Shown here piece after piece: positions 47,309 to 57,317 of a stretch of 64,000 nt of DNA. The translations under genes were made by a program, and so were the position numbers. Position 1 is the stretch's first letter. Every line of letters starts with the position of its first letter. Below the pieces are notes generated by a model. That model was not told the origin of the DNA, ran no database searches, and worked only from the letters and a program-made list of their open reading frames with translations. Origin of the DNA: Pseudomonadota bacterium. GTDB lineage: Bacteria > Pseudomonadota > Gammaproteobacteria > Steroidobacterales > SZUA-146. The DNA is taken from positions 161,864-225,863 of the forward strand of contig JBCCHD010000002.1 of the NCBI GenBank assembly GCA_039028935.1. Reading direction: 5' to 3'.

Positions 47309-49693
47309 ATGTCGAACTCAACGGATGAGTTTGGAGCCAAGGTTCTGGCACTGTTTGAACAAGCGCTCGAGCAACCATCGGTATCGCGCCAAGAGTGGTT
47401 AATGGCTTACGAGGGTGTGAGCGACGCGGTGCGTCAGCAGGCGCTTGCGCTGCTCGCCGCCGATGGCGAAGCGGACTCGATCATTGCCACCGGTGGCGCG
47501 GTGCGCGATCACATGCGCGACGTCACACAATCGGCGTTACCGGAATCCATCGGCGCGTACGCCATCACCGAACGTATCGGGCAAGGCGGTATGGGTGCCG
47601 TGCTAAAGGGTGAGCGCCGCACGGGCGACTTTGATCACACCGTCGCGATCAAGATTATTCGACAAGGCCTGCTGACCGATAAACTGCGGCCGCGGTTTCA
47701 AAACGAGCAGCAAATTCTAGCGAGTTTTTCTCACCCGAACATTGCGCGGTTGTTCGACGGCGGCGAAACCCAAGACGGTGAGCCCTACATCGTCATGGAA
47801 TATATTGAGGGCTTGCCGATCACAGAGTGGGCCGCTCGCCGGTCGTTGTCCTTGGCAGGCAGACTCGCCCTTTTCGCTACGGTGTGTAGCGCGGTGTCCT
47901 ACGCACACCAAAACCTCATTATTCATCGCGATATCACGCCCGCCAATGTGTTGGTCACACAAGACGGTGACGTCAAGCTCATTGACTTTGGCATTGCGAA
48001 ACCGAGCGTTGACGAAAGGGACGCATCCCAAACAGAGGATAGTGTGGCGAGTCTGAGTTTCACGCCGGGTTACGCCGCACCAGAGCGTCAGTTTGGTCAG
48101 AGCGTGAACACGTTGTCGGACATTTTCTCGCTTGGAAAGCTCTTGGATGCGATGGTGGCATCATCGCAAAAAACCGCGGAATTTGATGCGGTAGTGAATA
48201 AGGCGACGCATAACGACCCCGCAACACGGTATGCGTCGGTGGATGCGTTGGCCGACGATATCCAAAATCTTCTCGACGGCCACGCGGTCAATGCAGTGAA
48301 CGGCGGCTGGGCTTACCGAATGCGTAAGTTTGTTGGACGCAATCGTTTAGCGGTGACCGCGTCGACGTTGGCGATGGTGGGGTTGATTGGCGCGCTTGCC
48401 ATCACCACGCATTTGTATAACGACGCCGAGCAAGCACGCGCGGTGGCGGATCAGCGGTTTAATGACGTGCGCGAACTGGCGAACACGATGATCTTCGACA
48501 TCTATGATGAGATGGATGCAGTGGCCGGAACACTCGCTGCGAAACAGCGATTAGCATTGGCGGCCACCGAATATCTCAACGAACTGTCGCTGGATGCCAG
48601 CGCCTCAGACGAACTCAAAACAGAGGCCGCAGAAGGATTTGTTCGACTCGCCGATATTTTAGGTTCGCCGCGTATGAGCCATATGGGCGACTACGAGGAA
48701 GCCAAAGGCTACATCGATCGCGCCCAAACCATTCTTGCGAGCATCGATACCAACGCGCCTGAGACGGTGCCTTTACTCAAGGCCCGCCGCGACATGGCGC
48801 TGGTGCGCGCCACCCGGGAGTTTTTCATTGAAGGTCAAAGCGATGACGCGGAAGTACTGCTCGAAGAGGCGATTGCACTGAGTGAACGCGCGCTTGCGCT
48901 TCAGCCGGATAGTCTTGACCTAAAGAAAGACTTGCTTGTGAGTCAGATGGAGCTTGCCATTACTCAGCGCTGGGATGATCGGCGAGAGCAAGCCACCGAA
49001 TTGGTGTCGGCTGTTATTGGTGAATACGAACGACTACTTGAAACCTATCCGAACGATGCGACGCTGATTGAGGACATCGCCAAAGCGGTACGCTCAAAAG
49101 CCGAGTTTTTGAGTACAGACGAAACCGCCGAACAAGCGATTCCAATTGCGAAGCGAGCCATAGAGATCGAACGCTCTCGCGGCAGCGACGATCCAGCCGC
49201 CAATATGCTTAAGCATCGGGCTATGGCGACTAGCTACTGGCGATTAGCCACACCGAGTTGGATGGCCAATGATCACGACGCCGCCGTGGAGAATTTTGAA
49301 AAGGCCATTGAATACACGCGCTATATTGCACAACGAGACCCCGGTAATATTGATGCGGCCCGGGGCATCGCCTCTTTTCAAGGCGAAGCTGCCAGAAGTT
49401 TGGTCGCGCTTAAGCGCTTTGAGGAAGCGGAAACGATGATGATGGCGTCGAGAGACTTCTTCCAGGCACGCTACGACGAGAATCCCGACATGGGCTCGGC
49501 GCAGCGATCAATGATGGTGATCAATGCACAGCTAACGGCGTTCTATGAGGGCTGGGGCAATGACGAAGGGCGGTGCAAAAGTCTTGCCGAAGTGCAGCGT
49601 TGGGGGCAGCTCATGGATGATGCGGGTAACCTGATCGAAAATGATCGGGCTGGAATCAAAGCCTATGTGGAATCACAGCCCCCATGCCCTTGA
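47309..49693 (+). CDS. Hanks-type Ser/Thr protein kinase with one TM segment and a C-terminal TPR-rich domain
   Basis: The Gly loop is IGQGGMGAV and the catalytic Lys sits in VAIKII. The catalytic loop is HRDITPANVL and DFG is present. The TM segment is LAVTASTLAMVGLIGALAI. About 430 aa of helical repeats follow. Confidence 0.9.
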   Translation: MSNSTDEFGAKVLALFEQALEQPSVSRQEWLMAYEGVSDAVRQQALALLAADGEADSIIATGGAVRDHMRDVTQSALPESIGAYAITERIGQGGMGAVLKGERRTGDFDHTVAIKIIRQGLLTDKLRPRFQNEQQILASFSHPNIARLFDGGETQDGEPYIVMEYIEGLPITEWAARRSLSLAGRLALFATVCSAVSYAHQNLIIHRDITPANVLVTQDGDVKLIDFGIAKPSVDERDASQTEDSVASLSFTPGYAAPERQFGQSVNTLSDIFSLGKLLDAMVASSQKTAEFDAVVNKATHNDPATRYASVDALADDIQNLLDGHAVNAVNGGWAYRMRKFVGRNRLAVTASTLAMVGLIGALAITTHLYNDAEQARAVADQRFNDVRELANTMIFDIYDEMDAVAGTLAAKQRLALAATEYLNELSLDASASDELKTEAAEGFVRLADILGSPRMSHMGDYEEAKGYIDRAQTILASIDTNAPETVPLLKARRDMALVRATREFFIEGQSDDAEVLLEEAIALSERALALQPDSLDLKKDLLVSQMELAITQRWDDRREQATELVSAVIGEYERLLETYPNDATLIEDIAKAVRSKAEFLSTDETAEQAIPIAKRAIEIERSRGSDDPAANMLKHRAMATSYWRLATPSWMANDHDAAVENFEKAIEYTRYIAQRDPGNIDAARGIASFQGEAARSLVALKRFEEAETMMMASRDFFQARYDENPDMGSAQRSMMVINAQLTAFYEGWGNDEGRCKSLAEVQRWGQLMDDAGNLIENDRAGIKAYVESQPPCP

Positions 49694-49798
49694 GTCAACG
49701 CGAGCGCGCTTTGCCGTGTGACGGTTTAGGCGAACCAGTGATAGCGGCTACGTCATGCTGTGTGTGTTGTTTTCGCTTGTGGCCAGCATCGAACGTGA

Positions 49799-50362
49799 GT
49801 GATGGCAATGCCGCCTGAAAAAAATGTAGCCGTGTTGCTCGATGAGTGGCGCAGCGGCGATCTCGATGCGCGCGATGCGCTGTTTGATCAGCTCTATCAT
49901 GAGCTGCGATTGTTGTCCGCAGCCATGCTGTCGCGAGAGGGCGCGGTGTCACTATCACCGGGGGACTTGGTTAATGAAGCGGTTATTCGACTGATGAGTC
50001 TTGAGAGTATTAATTGGAACGATAAACCTCACTTTATGGCGTTGGCGTCTCGCATGATGCGGCGCGTGTTGATCGACCACGCGCGGCAAAAAAAATCAAA
50101 CAAACGAAAGCACCAAAAAGTCACGCTGATCACAGAGCTGCAGGGACGCAATGATCAGGCGGTGGATTTACTTGCGCTCGAAGAGGCGCTCGTGAAGCTC
50201 AAGAACATCAACGACAGTCATGCGAGCATTGTGGAGATGCGCTATTTTGGCGGTCTCACAGTGGACGAGGTGGCAAGCGTGATGGACGCCTCACCCGCTA
50301 CCGTTAAACGCGGATGGCGGGCCGCACGTGCGTGGCTGCGTGTGGAACTCGCATCCAGCTAA
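49799..50362 (+). CDS. ECF sigma factor of the Sigma70_ECF (TIGR02999 / ECF43-like) type
   Basis: The diagnostic layout is LLDEWRSGDLDARDALFDQLYHELRLLSAAML...LVNEAVIRL...HFMALASRMMRRVLIDHARQKKSNKR...VEMRYFGGLTVDEVASVMDASPATVKRGWRAARAWL. Confidence 0.88.
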   Translation: MMAMPPEKNVAVLLDEWRSGDLDARDALFDQLYHELRLLSAAMLSREGAVSLSPGDLVNEAVIRLMSLESINWNDKPHFMALASRMMRRVLIDHARQKKSNKRKHQKVTLITELQGRNDQAVDLLALEEALVKLKNINDSHASIVEMRYFGGLTVDEVASVMDASPATVKRGWRAARAWLRVELASS

Positions 50363-50431
50363 ACCGGCTGTGTGGATGGATTCAACTGGGCAGCCCAAAC
50401 GCTGTTTCCATCGCTACCAACGAATCGCGCA

Positions 50432-50456
50432 CAAAAAACCCGCCAATGGGCGGGTA
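50432..50456. terminator. Rho-independent terminator (serves rpmG; possibly bidirectional)
   Basis: The sequence is aaaaaacccgccaatgggcgggtatttc. The minus-strand stem acccgcc/ggcgggt is followed by TTTTTT. Confidence 0.75.
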
Positions 50457-50479
50457 TTTCGGTGTTGAGCGGGTGGCGA

Positions 50480-50635
50480 TTACTTGATCTTCGCTTCCTT
50501 GTACTCAACATGCTTACGCACACGGGGGTCGAACTTTTTCACGACCATTTTTTCCGGGTGCAGGCGTTTGTTTTTTGTTGTGGTGTAGAAGTGTCCGGTT
50601 CCAGCAGACGACACCAGTCGAATTTTATCGCGCAT
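50480..50635 (-). CDS. rpmG: 50S ribosomal protein L33
   Basis: I translated this by hand because it is too short for the ORF track: [51 protein letters not shown]. Confidence 0.95.
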   Translation of the reverse strand: MRDKIRLVSSAGTGHFYTTTKNKRLHPEKMVVKKFDPRVRKHVEYKEAKIK

Positions 50636-50647
50636 GAGTAGTCTCCT

Positions 50648-50884
50648 TTAAACCTTTACGCCTTTGTTACGCAGTTTTTTCAAAACCGCGTCGATGCCGT
50701 CGCGATCGATGATACGCAGACCTTTCTTGGACACCCGAAGCTTAACGTAGCGGTTTTCGGACTCTACCCAAATTCGGTGCGTGTGCAGGTTGGGCAAAAA
50801 GCGTCGTCGCGTGCGGTTGTTGGCGTGCGACACGTTGTTTCCGGTTGTCGGGCCCTTGCCGGTCACTTGGCAAATTCTAGACAT
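50648..50884 (-). CDS. rpmB: 50S ribosomal protein L28
   Basis: [65 protein letters not shown]. The start is at the internal ATG at 50884. Confidence 0.95.
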   Translation of the reverse strand: MSRICQVTGKGPTTGNNVSHANNRTRRRFLPNLHTHRIWVESENRYVKLRVSKKGLRIIDRDGIDAVLKKLRNKGVKV

Positions 50885-51284
50885 TTCTATATTCCTCAAT
50901 AACTTAGCCGATTTTCGCGGTCACCGCGCACGCCGGCCTCAGCGCTCACTGAAAGGGCCGCAATTTATACCAGCCAATGCCGGCAATAGCAATCACTTAT
51001 TGGCCTCGGTGTGGTCGGTTCGACAGTTTCTCCTGTCGGGCCAGCGACAGGAACGATGTTGAGTTGCGGACGGGCTCATTAAAGTTCGAATAAATAGATA
51101 AATCAGCGTGTTAAGTTGCTCCAGCAAAGTTTGGTCCATCGCTCCAAGCGCAGGCTGGTGCGGTCACTGCTCAGCACCGAATCGAACACGTCGACGTCGC
51201 CGGTCGACGAATGACGCCCTATCATGCAACCGATTGATTTCGCTCACTGTTGTGCAGGCGTTGATCGGGTTATGATCGGTCGCC

Positions 51285-52163
51285 ATGGCCGACACTACGT
51301 CCATTCCTGTCGTTGAGTTCGCACCCACCCAGACTTTTGGCGGTGACTTTGAGCTGATCGAGCTCGATTCGCTGTATGAACGATCGGATCAGCTCGACAT
51401 CGACCCATTTTCGCCTCATCGCATCAATTTTCATCATCTGGTGTACATCGCAGAAGGACGCGGTGCCCATACGATTGATTTTCATGCTCAGCCCTTCCGT
51501 GCGGGCAGCTTTATTTTTGCCAATCGGCATCAAGTTAACGCGTTTGATCGGGACCATCGTCCACGCGGATACATATTGCTGTTCACTCAGGATTTTGTTG
51601 ACTCGATTCGCACCCATATTCGATTCGCAGCATTTAATACCGGCTTCCATTCCGAGTCCTTTGCGCCGGTGTTAACCGTTGAAGGCCGATTGAAGGCGAG
51701 CTGCGAAACACTGCTGTTGGAGTTGAGCAAAGAACGCGATGAACAGGGTGACGGGACGGTGACCAAATTGCTGTTTTCAACGCTCATGGTCAAGCTGCAT
51801 CGATACCGCCCGGCGTCTACTGACGGCCTGATTAGTGAGCATGACCAACAGCGCTTTGCGCGTTTTATGGAGCTGGTGCAGTCACAGTTTTCGACCAGTA
51901 AAGACGCCTCGGGATATGCCGAGTCGTTGGGGTTGTCGTACAAGACATTGAATAAATTGTGTAAGCAGATGACTCAAAAAACGCCCAAGCAGTTGATCGA
52001 CGCGCACATTATTCTGGAAGCCAAGCGCCGCTTGGCAATTGAACGCATTAAGGTATCGCAGCTTGCGTATCAATTTGGTTTCGATGATGTCAGTAATTTT
52101 GTGAAGTATTTCAAAAAGCACGCTGGGTTTACCCCAAGTCAATTTCAGCGCGAGATCGCCTGA
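51285..52163 (+). CDS. AraC-family transcriptional regulator (cupin-like N-terminus)
   Basis: The C-terminal double HTH reads YAESLGLSYKTLNKLCKQ...VSQLAYQFGFDDVSNFVKYFKKHAGFTPSQF. Confidence 0.85.
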   Translation: MADTTSIPVVEFAPTQTFGGDFELIELDSLYERSDQLDIDPFSPHRINFHHLVYIAEGRGAHTIDFHAQPFRAGSFIFANRHQVNAFDRDHRPRGYILLFTQDFVDSIRTHIRFAAFNTGFHSESFAPVLTVEGRLKASCETLLLELSKERDEQGDGTVTKLLFSTLMVKLHRYRPASTDGLISEHDQQRFARFMELVQSQFSTSKDASGYAESLGLSYKTLNKLCKQMTQKTPKQLIDAHIILEAKRRLAIERIKVSQLAYQFGFDDVSNFVKYFKKHAGFTPSQFQREIA

Positions 52164-52291
52164 CAATCGCACCGCCAGTCCAGCATGGTGCGGCGCCTGA
52201 GTATAAAGTCACCGTAAAAGGGCTCTAATCTACCTTTCGTACACTCGGCACCCGGAGTAGGCTGGATCCTATTCTATTCAGAGGGGGATTT

Positions 52292-53155
52292 GTGATGCGT
52301 TCGAATTGGTTCATCACGGCGGTTGCGCCGGTCTTGTTCTTATCCGCATGTGCGTCAACCGATACACCATCGGAGGTGCCGGAACTGTCTAACCGAGTAA
52401 AAGCCATCGCGCTTCTTGAAAGTATCGAGACGGGCGATACAGCACCAATTGCATTTATCGATCCGCAAAACTACACCCAGCATAATCTATTGGTGGGTGA
52501 TGGCCTGGCGGGGTTCGGTGAGGTCATGCAGGCGCTGCCCCGGGGCAGTGCCAAAGCGCGAGTTGTGCGCGCGTTCGAAGATGGGGACTATGTGTTTACC
52601 CACACCGATTATGATTTCTTCGGGCCCAAAGTGGGTTTCGATGTGTTTCGATTTGAAAACGGGCGCATTGTTGAGCACTGGGATAATCTTGCCGAGAAAG
52701 CGGCCCAGCCCAATCCGAGCGGCCGCACTCAACTTGACGGCCCCACACGAGCAACCGAATTAGCGGCTACGGCCGACAACAAGCGACTGGTTGGTGACTT
52801 TGTGGAGACCATACTGGTCAAGGGGCAATTTGATCGGGTGAACGAGTTTATCGAGGGTGACAATTACCGACAGCACAACACAGCGGTTGCGGACGGTTTG
52901 TCTGGACTGAGTGCCGCACTCGAGGCGATGGCTAAGCAAGGCATCACTATGGTGTATCACACTGTCCACAAAGTGCTCGGTGAGGGCAACTTTGTGCTGG
53001 TGATCAGTGAAGGTACGTTTGCCGATCAGCACACCTCTTTCTACGATCTGTTTCGCGTAGACAATGGCAAGATCGTCGAGCACTGGGATGTCATTGAAAC
53101 GATCGCACCCAAATCTCAGTGGAAAAACGACAACGGCAAATTTGGCAATCTCTAG
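52292..53155 (+). CDS. Lipoprotein with tandem SnoaL/NTF2-like domains
   Basis: The lipobox is LFLSAC. Two repeats each end in F(R/D)xxNGxIVEHWD, which is typical of SnoaL-like (COG4922-type) proteins. Confidence 0.7.
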   Translation: MMRSNWFITAVAPVLFLSACASTDTPSEVPELSNRVKAIALLESIETGDTAPIAFIDPQNYTQHNLLVGDGLAGFGEVMQALPRGSAKARVVRAFEDGDYVFTHTDYDFFGPKVGFDVFRFENGRIVEHWDNLAEKAAQPNPSGRTQLDGPTRATELAATADNKRLVGDFVETILVKGQFDRVNEFIEGDNYRQHNTAVADGLSGLSAALEAMAKQGITMVYHTVHKVLGEGNFVLVISEGTFADQHTSFYDLFRVDNGKIVEHWDVIETIAPKSQWKNDNGKFGNL

Positions 53156-53369
53156 TACACGCGCTGTGGCGTGTCCGAGCGCCTCGAGTCGCACAGTGAA
53201 TCCCTGGCGGGCCGAGCGCAAGACGTGAAGATAGCCGGCGCGGTGGTGATCGAGAATTTGCTCGGTATCCATCGCGCCTTTCTTTATCCGAAGTACGGGC
53301 GTCGGCCCTCGATGTTCGTGCAGAGCGCTCTCGAGAGTGCTGAACCATGTGACGTCCGTTGGTTGTGAT

Positions 53370-54044
53370 TCACAGTAAACCTCGCGCGGCAAACGAGACG
53401 GTATGGCCATCTCCGACCACAAAGTGATCGAGCACGCGTATATCGACCAGCGCCAGGGCGTGCTGTAACTTGCGCGTAATGCGTTCATCGGCCGCGCTTG
53501 GTTCGGCTATTCCACTCGGATGATTGTGGGCAAAAATAACCGCGGCCGCGTTGGTGAACAACGCGTGTTTGACGACTTCCCGCGCGTGCACGCTCGCACC
53601 ATCAATCGTGCCGCGAAAAAGCTCGCAAAACTCGATGATACGGTGTCGGTTGTCGAGCAAAAGCACACAGAATACCTCGTGCTGTCGGTCGCGAAGCTGC
53701 GCCTGCAAAAACGCCTCGGTATCGCGCGGTTTAAGCATCGGACTGCCGCGCTGAAGTGTTTCGGACAAACTTCGCCGCACAAGCTCGGTAGCCGCCCTTA
53801 AGGTCGCGACGCGGGCGGGGCCGAGTCCGCGTTGAGTCAACAGTTTGGTGACCGGGCTGTGCAGTAGCGTGCGCACATTACCAAACTCGATTAGACATTC
53901 CCTGGCTAGATCAACGGCGGTCAAGCCGCGAATTCCGCGACCAAGCACAATGGCGAGTAGTTCTGAGTCGGACAGCGCGGCGGCGCCCTGTGAAAACAAT
54001 CTTTCGCGAGGGCGCTCGCCGGCTGGCCAGTCGCTTAGTGGCAT
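53370..54044 (-). CDS. radC: RadC-family (JAMM/UPF0758) protein
   Basis: Family blocks are ERPRERL, LSDSELLAIVLGRGIRG and the JAMM motif AHNHPSG...PSAAD. Confidence 0.9.
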   Translation of the reverse strand: MPLSDWPAGERPRERLFSQGAAALSDSELLAIVLGRGIRGLTAVDLARECLIEFGNVRTLLHSPVTKLLTQRGLGPARVATLRAATELVRRSLSETLQRGSPMLKPRDTEAFLQAQLRDRQHEVFCVLLLDNRHRIIEFCELFRGTIDGASVHAREVVKHALFTNAAAVIFAHNHPSGIAEPSAADERITRKLQHALALVDIRVLDHFVVGDGHTVSFAARGLL

Positions 54045-54364
54045 ATCCTCATCCTCATTTCCCGTCCTTGGGCGTGGGCGACGATAAAAGTGTGCCGCGA
54101 CGACCGCTCCCGCTCAATAAACGAATTGCGGTAATCGTGGGAGTAATATTGACCCGCCGGAATGGGGTCGGGGTAGCGTTCGCGGTGTGTTATGAACGAT
54201 GCAACGAGTGTGCGGCTCGACAGGAACACCCGATACCCTGTGGCGAGTTAGGCGTGAGTAACAACGAGGCACGCGGTGAATGTGAAATCAGTCTTGCTAA
54301 ACGCCTCGCTTGCGCATCGCGGTACGCACGCGAAAGACAGGTCAACACCGCTCGCAGTTATCAA

Positions 54365-55357
54365 TCACCAGGAGGATTCTAACCAGTCGATGAGTACCCG
54401 ATTCACCTCTTCGGGTTGCTCTTGCATGGTCCAGTGACCGCATTCTTTGACCAGGTGACGAGTGAGATTCGGCACATAGGTTTCCATATGATCGGCTGCT
54501 GAAGGCGGCAACACCACATCGTTGTCCGCCATGATCATTAGGCTTGGCTGCTCCACCAATTGAGGAAGGCCTTTGTCCTGGCGCCAATTGCGCTCGAAAT
54601 TGCGGTACCAGTTGACCGGGCCGCGAAAGCCGTTATGCGAAAACGTGCCGGCGTACACGGCGAGTTCTTCCCGGCTTAAGAACACGTGCTTTGCCCATTC
54701 GGTTTTGTCGCCGTTTTCAATCGCGCCCAGGAAATCAAGGTTACGAGCATGCGCTGGCGCGCGCGCGAACTCTTCAGGCGTATAGCGGCTCTTACGCATG
54801 AAAAATTTCATTGTCGCGTCGCAGTCCGCCTCGAGAATTTTCTCAACGCCGGGTTCTTGAAAGCGCACGATGTACATGTCGTCGCCATACTTTTCGCGAT
54901 AGGCTTCGACCGCCGGGCGCGGCGCGTGATACGGCACGAACGGCATATTGAGACCGGCGACGCCGAGCACGCGCTCGGGATAACGCAACGGCATTTGCCA
55001 AACCACGTTGCCGCCCCAGTCATGACCGATAAATACGGCGGCTTCAATCGCAAAAGCGTCGAGCAGGCCAGCCATGTCGGCACATAGATTTGCCAGTGAA
55101 TACGCCGCGATATCGATCGGTTGATCCGAATGCCCATACCCGCGCATATCGGGTGCGATTACCCGAAAACCGGCGTGACTCAAGGCCGCCACCTGAGCCC
55201 GCCATGAATACGCCAGCTCCGGAAAACCGTGGCACAAGATAACCGGAAGCCCGTCGTCCGGACCCGCGACGAATACGCCCAGTTCAATGTCGCTGGTTTT
55301 AACGCGCAGCGGGCCGCGCGCTTGGTCGATCGTATAAAGAGTCGGTGGGGTCATCAC
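54365..55357 (-). CDS. Alpha/beta hydrolase, epoxide-hydrolase-like
   Basis: The oxyanion HGFP context is VILCHGFPELAYSWR. RGYGHSD is present. The nucleophile context is GHDWGG, and the C-terminal His sits in ECGHW. Confidence 0.85.
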   Translation of the reverse strand: MMTPPTLYTIDQARGPLRVKTSDIELGVFVAGPDDGLPVILCHGFPELAYSWRAQVAALSHAGFRVIAPDMRGYGHSDQPIDIAAYSLANLCADMAGLLDAFAIEAAVFIGHDWGGNVVWQMPLRYPERVLGVAGLNMPFVPYHAPRPAVEAYREKYGDDMYIVRFQEPGVEKILEADCDATMKFFMRKSRYTPEEFARAPAHARNLDFLGAIENGDKTEWAKHVFLSREELAVYAGTFSHNGFRGPVNWYRNFERNWRQDKGLPQLVEQPSLMIMADNDVVLPPSAADHMETYVPNLTRHLVKECGHWTMQEQPEEVNRVLIDWLESSW

Positions 55358-55509
55358 ACGCCTGCGTCACTACTGAACGGCTCTATCCTAAACCATCTCG
55401 TGCTCAATAGAGGCCTCCACCGTCCGATCGCCCGGCCACGGGGGCGGTGATTGTCACGCTGGCAGCGGGTGGGCTGTCAGGCCGTCGATGATGGGGTAAG
55501 CTTTGCGCC

Positions 55510-56754
55510 ATGATCGATATCTTAACCAATAAGCGGATACTGCTGGGTGTGACGGGCGGTATCGCCAGCTACAAGAGTCCGGACCTGGTCCGGCGTTTGC
55601 GTGATCGCGGTTGTGACGTACAGGTAGTGATGACGCAGGGCGCCACGCAGTTTGTCACTCCGCTGACGTTTCAGGCGGTGTCGGGAAAGCCGGTGCGTGG
55701 TGATTTGTTCGATCGTGATGCGGAAGCGGCCATGGGGCATATCGAGCTGGCGCGCTGGGCCGATGTCATCGTGGTGGCGCCCGCTAGCGCCAATTTCATG
55801 GCCCGTCTTGCGCAAGGGCGCGCCGACGATTTACTCACCACATTGTGTCTGGCTTCCGAGCACCCGGTCTGTGTTGCACCAGCGATGAACCGCGTGATGT
55901 GGGCGGATGAGGCGACTGCCGCCAACGCCCGCATGCTCGATGATCGCGGCGTCGTGTTGATGGGACCGGGCGAAGGCGATCAGGCGTGCGGCGAAACAGG
56001 CTCTGGTCGCATGCTCGAACCGCTCGCGATCGTCGAGCAGGTGGCGCGCACACTCACCGACCGCCGACGGCAGGGACCACTGAATGGCGTCAATGTGATG
56101 ATCACCGCGGGGCCGACGCGTGAGCGACTCGATCCGGTTCGCTATTTGACCAATCGCAGTTCGGGCAAGATGGGCTATGCGGTGGCGCAGGCGGCGGTCG
56201 AAGCGGGCGCACAGGTAACGCTGATTAGTGGCCCAGTATCACTGGACACGCCCGATGAGGTCACGCGGGTGGATGTCGAGTCGGCACAACACATGTACGA
56301 CGCCGTTCACGAGAGAATTGCTGATGTCGATTTGTTTATTGCTGCCGCGGCCGTAGCGGATTATCGTCCAGCCAATGCCGGCGATCACAAACTCAAAAAG
56401 TCCGGTGACACCATCACGCTCGAGCTTGAGCCGTGTCCGGATATTTTGGCGAGCGTTGGTCATTTACCCTCACCGCCATTCACGGTTGGGTTTGCGGCGG
56501 AGACCGACAAGATCAAAGAGTACGCGCTCGATAAGTTGGCGCGGAAAAAGCTCGATATGATTGCCGCCAACCGTGTGGGCGATGTTGAATCCTGTGGTGA
56601 AAACCGTGGATTTGAGAGCGACACCAATGCGCTACTGGTACTGACCGCCCATGCCGAGCACGAATTGCCGTCAATGAGCAAAAGAGCACTCGGCGAAGCG
56701 CTCGTCAAACTCATTGCCCAACGCTATGCTGAAACGCGCATCCAGCGCGCCTGA
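55510..56754 (+). CDS. coaBC: Bifunctional phosphopantothenoylcysteine decarboxylase / phosphopantothenate-cysteine ligase
   Basis: Family blocks are [47 protein letters not shown] and AAAVADYRP. Confidence 0.95.
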   Translation: MIDILTNKRILLGVTGGIASYKSPDLVRRLRDRGCDVQVVMTQGATQFVTPLTFQAVSGKPVRGDLFDRDAEAAMGHIELARWADVIVVAPASANFMARLAQGRADDLLTTLCLASEHPVCVAPAMNRVMWADEATAANARMLDDRGVVLMGPGEGDQACGETGSGRMLEPLAIVEQVARTLTDRRRQGPLNGVNVMITAGPTRERLDPVRYLTNRSSGKMGYAVAQAAVEAGAQVTLISGPVSLDTPDEVTRVDVESAQHMYDAVHERIADVDLFIAAAAVADYRPANAGDHKLKKSGDTITLELEPCPDILASVGHLPSPPFTVGFAAETDKIKEYALDKLARKKLDMIAANRVGDVESCGENRGFESDTNALLVLTAHAEHELPSMSKRALGEALVKLIAQRYAETRIQRA

Positions 56755-56774
56755 TTGAACCGAAAGGACACGCC

Positions 56775-57224
56775 ATGCCTGCTATTCAACTCAAAGTTCT
56801 CGATGCGCGCGTTCGCGATGCGCTGCCGGCGTATGCCACGGCCGGATCGGCCGGACTGGATCTTCGGGCGTGTATTGACGAGCCGCTCGCGGTTCAGCCA
56901 GGCGAAACGCATCTCGTGCCCACGGGCTTTGCCATGCATATCAACGATCCAAGTCTTGCGGCTGTGCTGCTACCGCGGTCGGGCTTGGGTCACAAGCACG
57001 GTTTGGTGCTGGGGAATCTAACCGGGTTGATCGATTCAGACTATCAGGGTCAAGTGTTTGTCTCGTGTTGGAATCGCGGAGGCAAAACGTACACGATCGA
57101 ACCGGGTGAGCGTATTTGTCAGATGGTCTTTGTGCCGGTGGTCCAAGCGACGTTTAACGTGGTGGAAGAGTTCGATCAAACTGAGCGCGGCGAGGGTGGT
57201 TTCGGGCATTCGGGTACGCGCTAG
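56775..57224 (+). CDS. dut: dUTP diphosphatase
   Basis: Family blocks are [28 protein letters not shown] and [11 protein letters not shown]. Confidence 0.95.
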   Translation: MPAIQLKVLDARVRDALPAYATAGSAGLDLRACIDEPLAVQPGETHLVPTGFAMHINDPSLAAVLLPRSGLGHKHGLVLGNLTGLIDSDYQGQVFVSCWNRGGKTYTIEPGERICQMVFVPVVQATFNVVEEFDQTERGEGGFGHSGTR

Positions 57225-57317
57225 TGCGCCGATTGCCGTCAGCGGGTGTTAATTGAACGGGAACGAGAGCGACGCGCTCTGCTCTGATGCTGGCGGCGAA
57301 CGCGAGCGCCGACGAGG

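Noticed and set aside
52760-53488. 242-aa minus-strand ORF
   Set aside because: It overlaps both the SnoaL-like lipoprotein gene and radC, each supported by family motifs. It has no motifs of its own.
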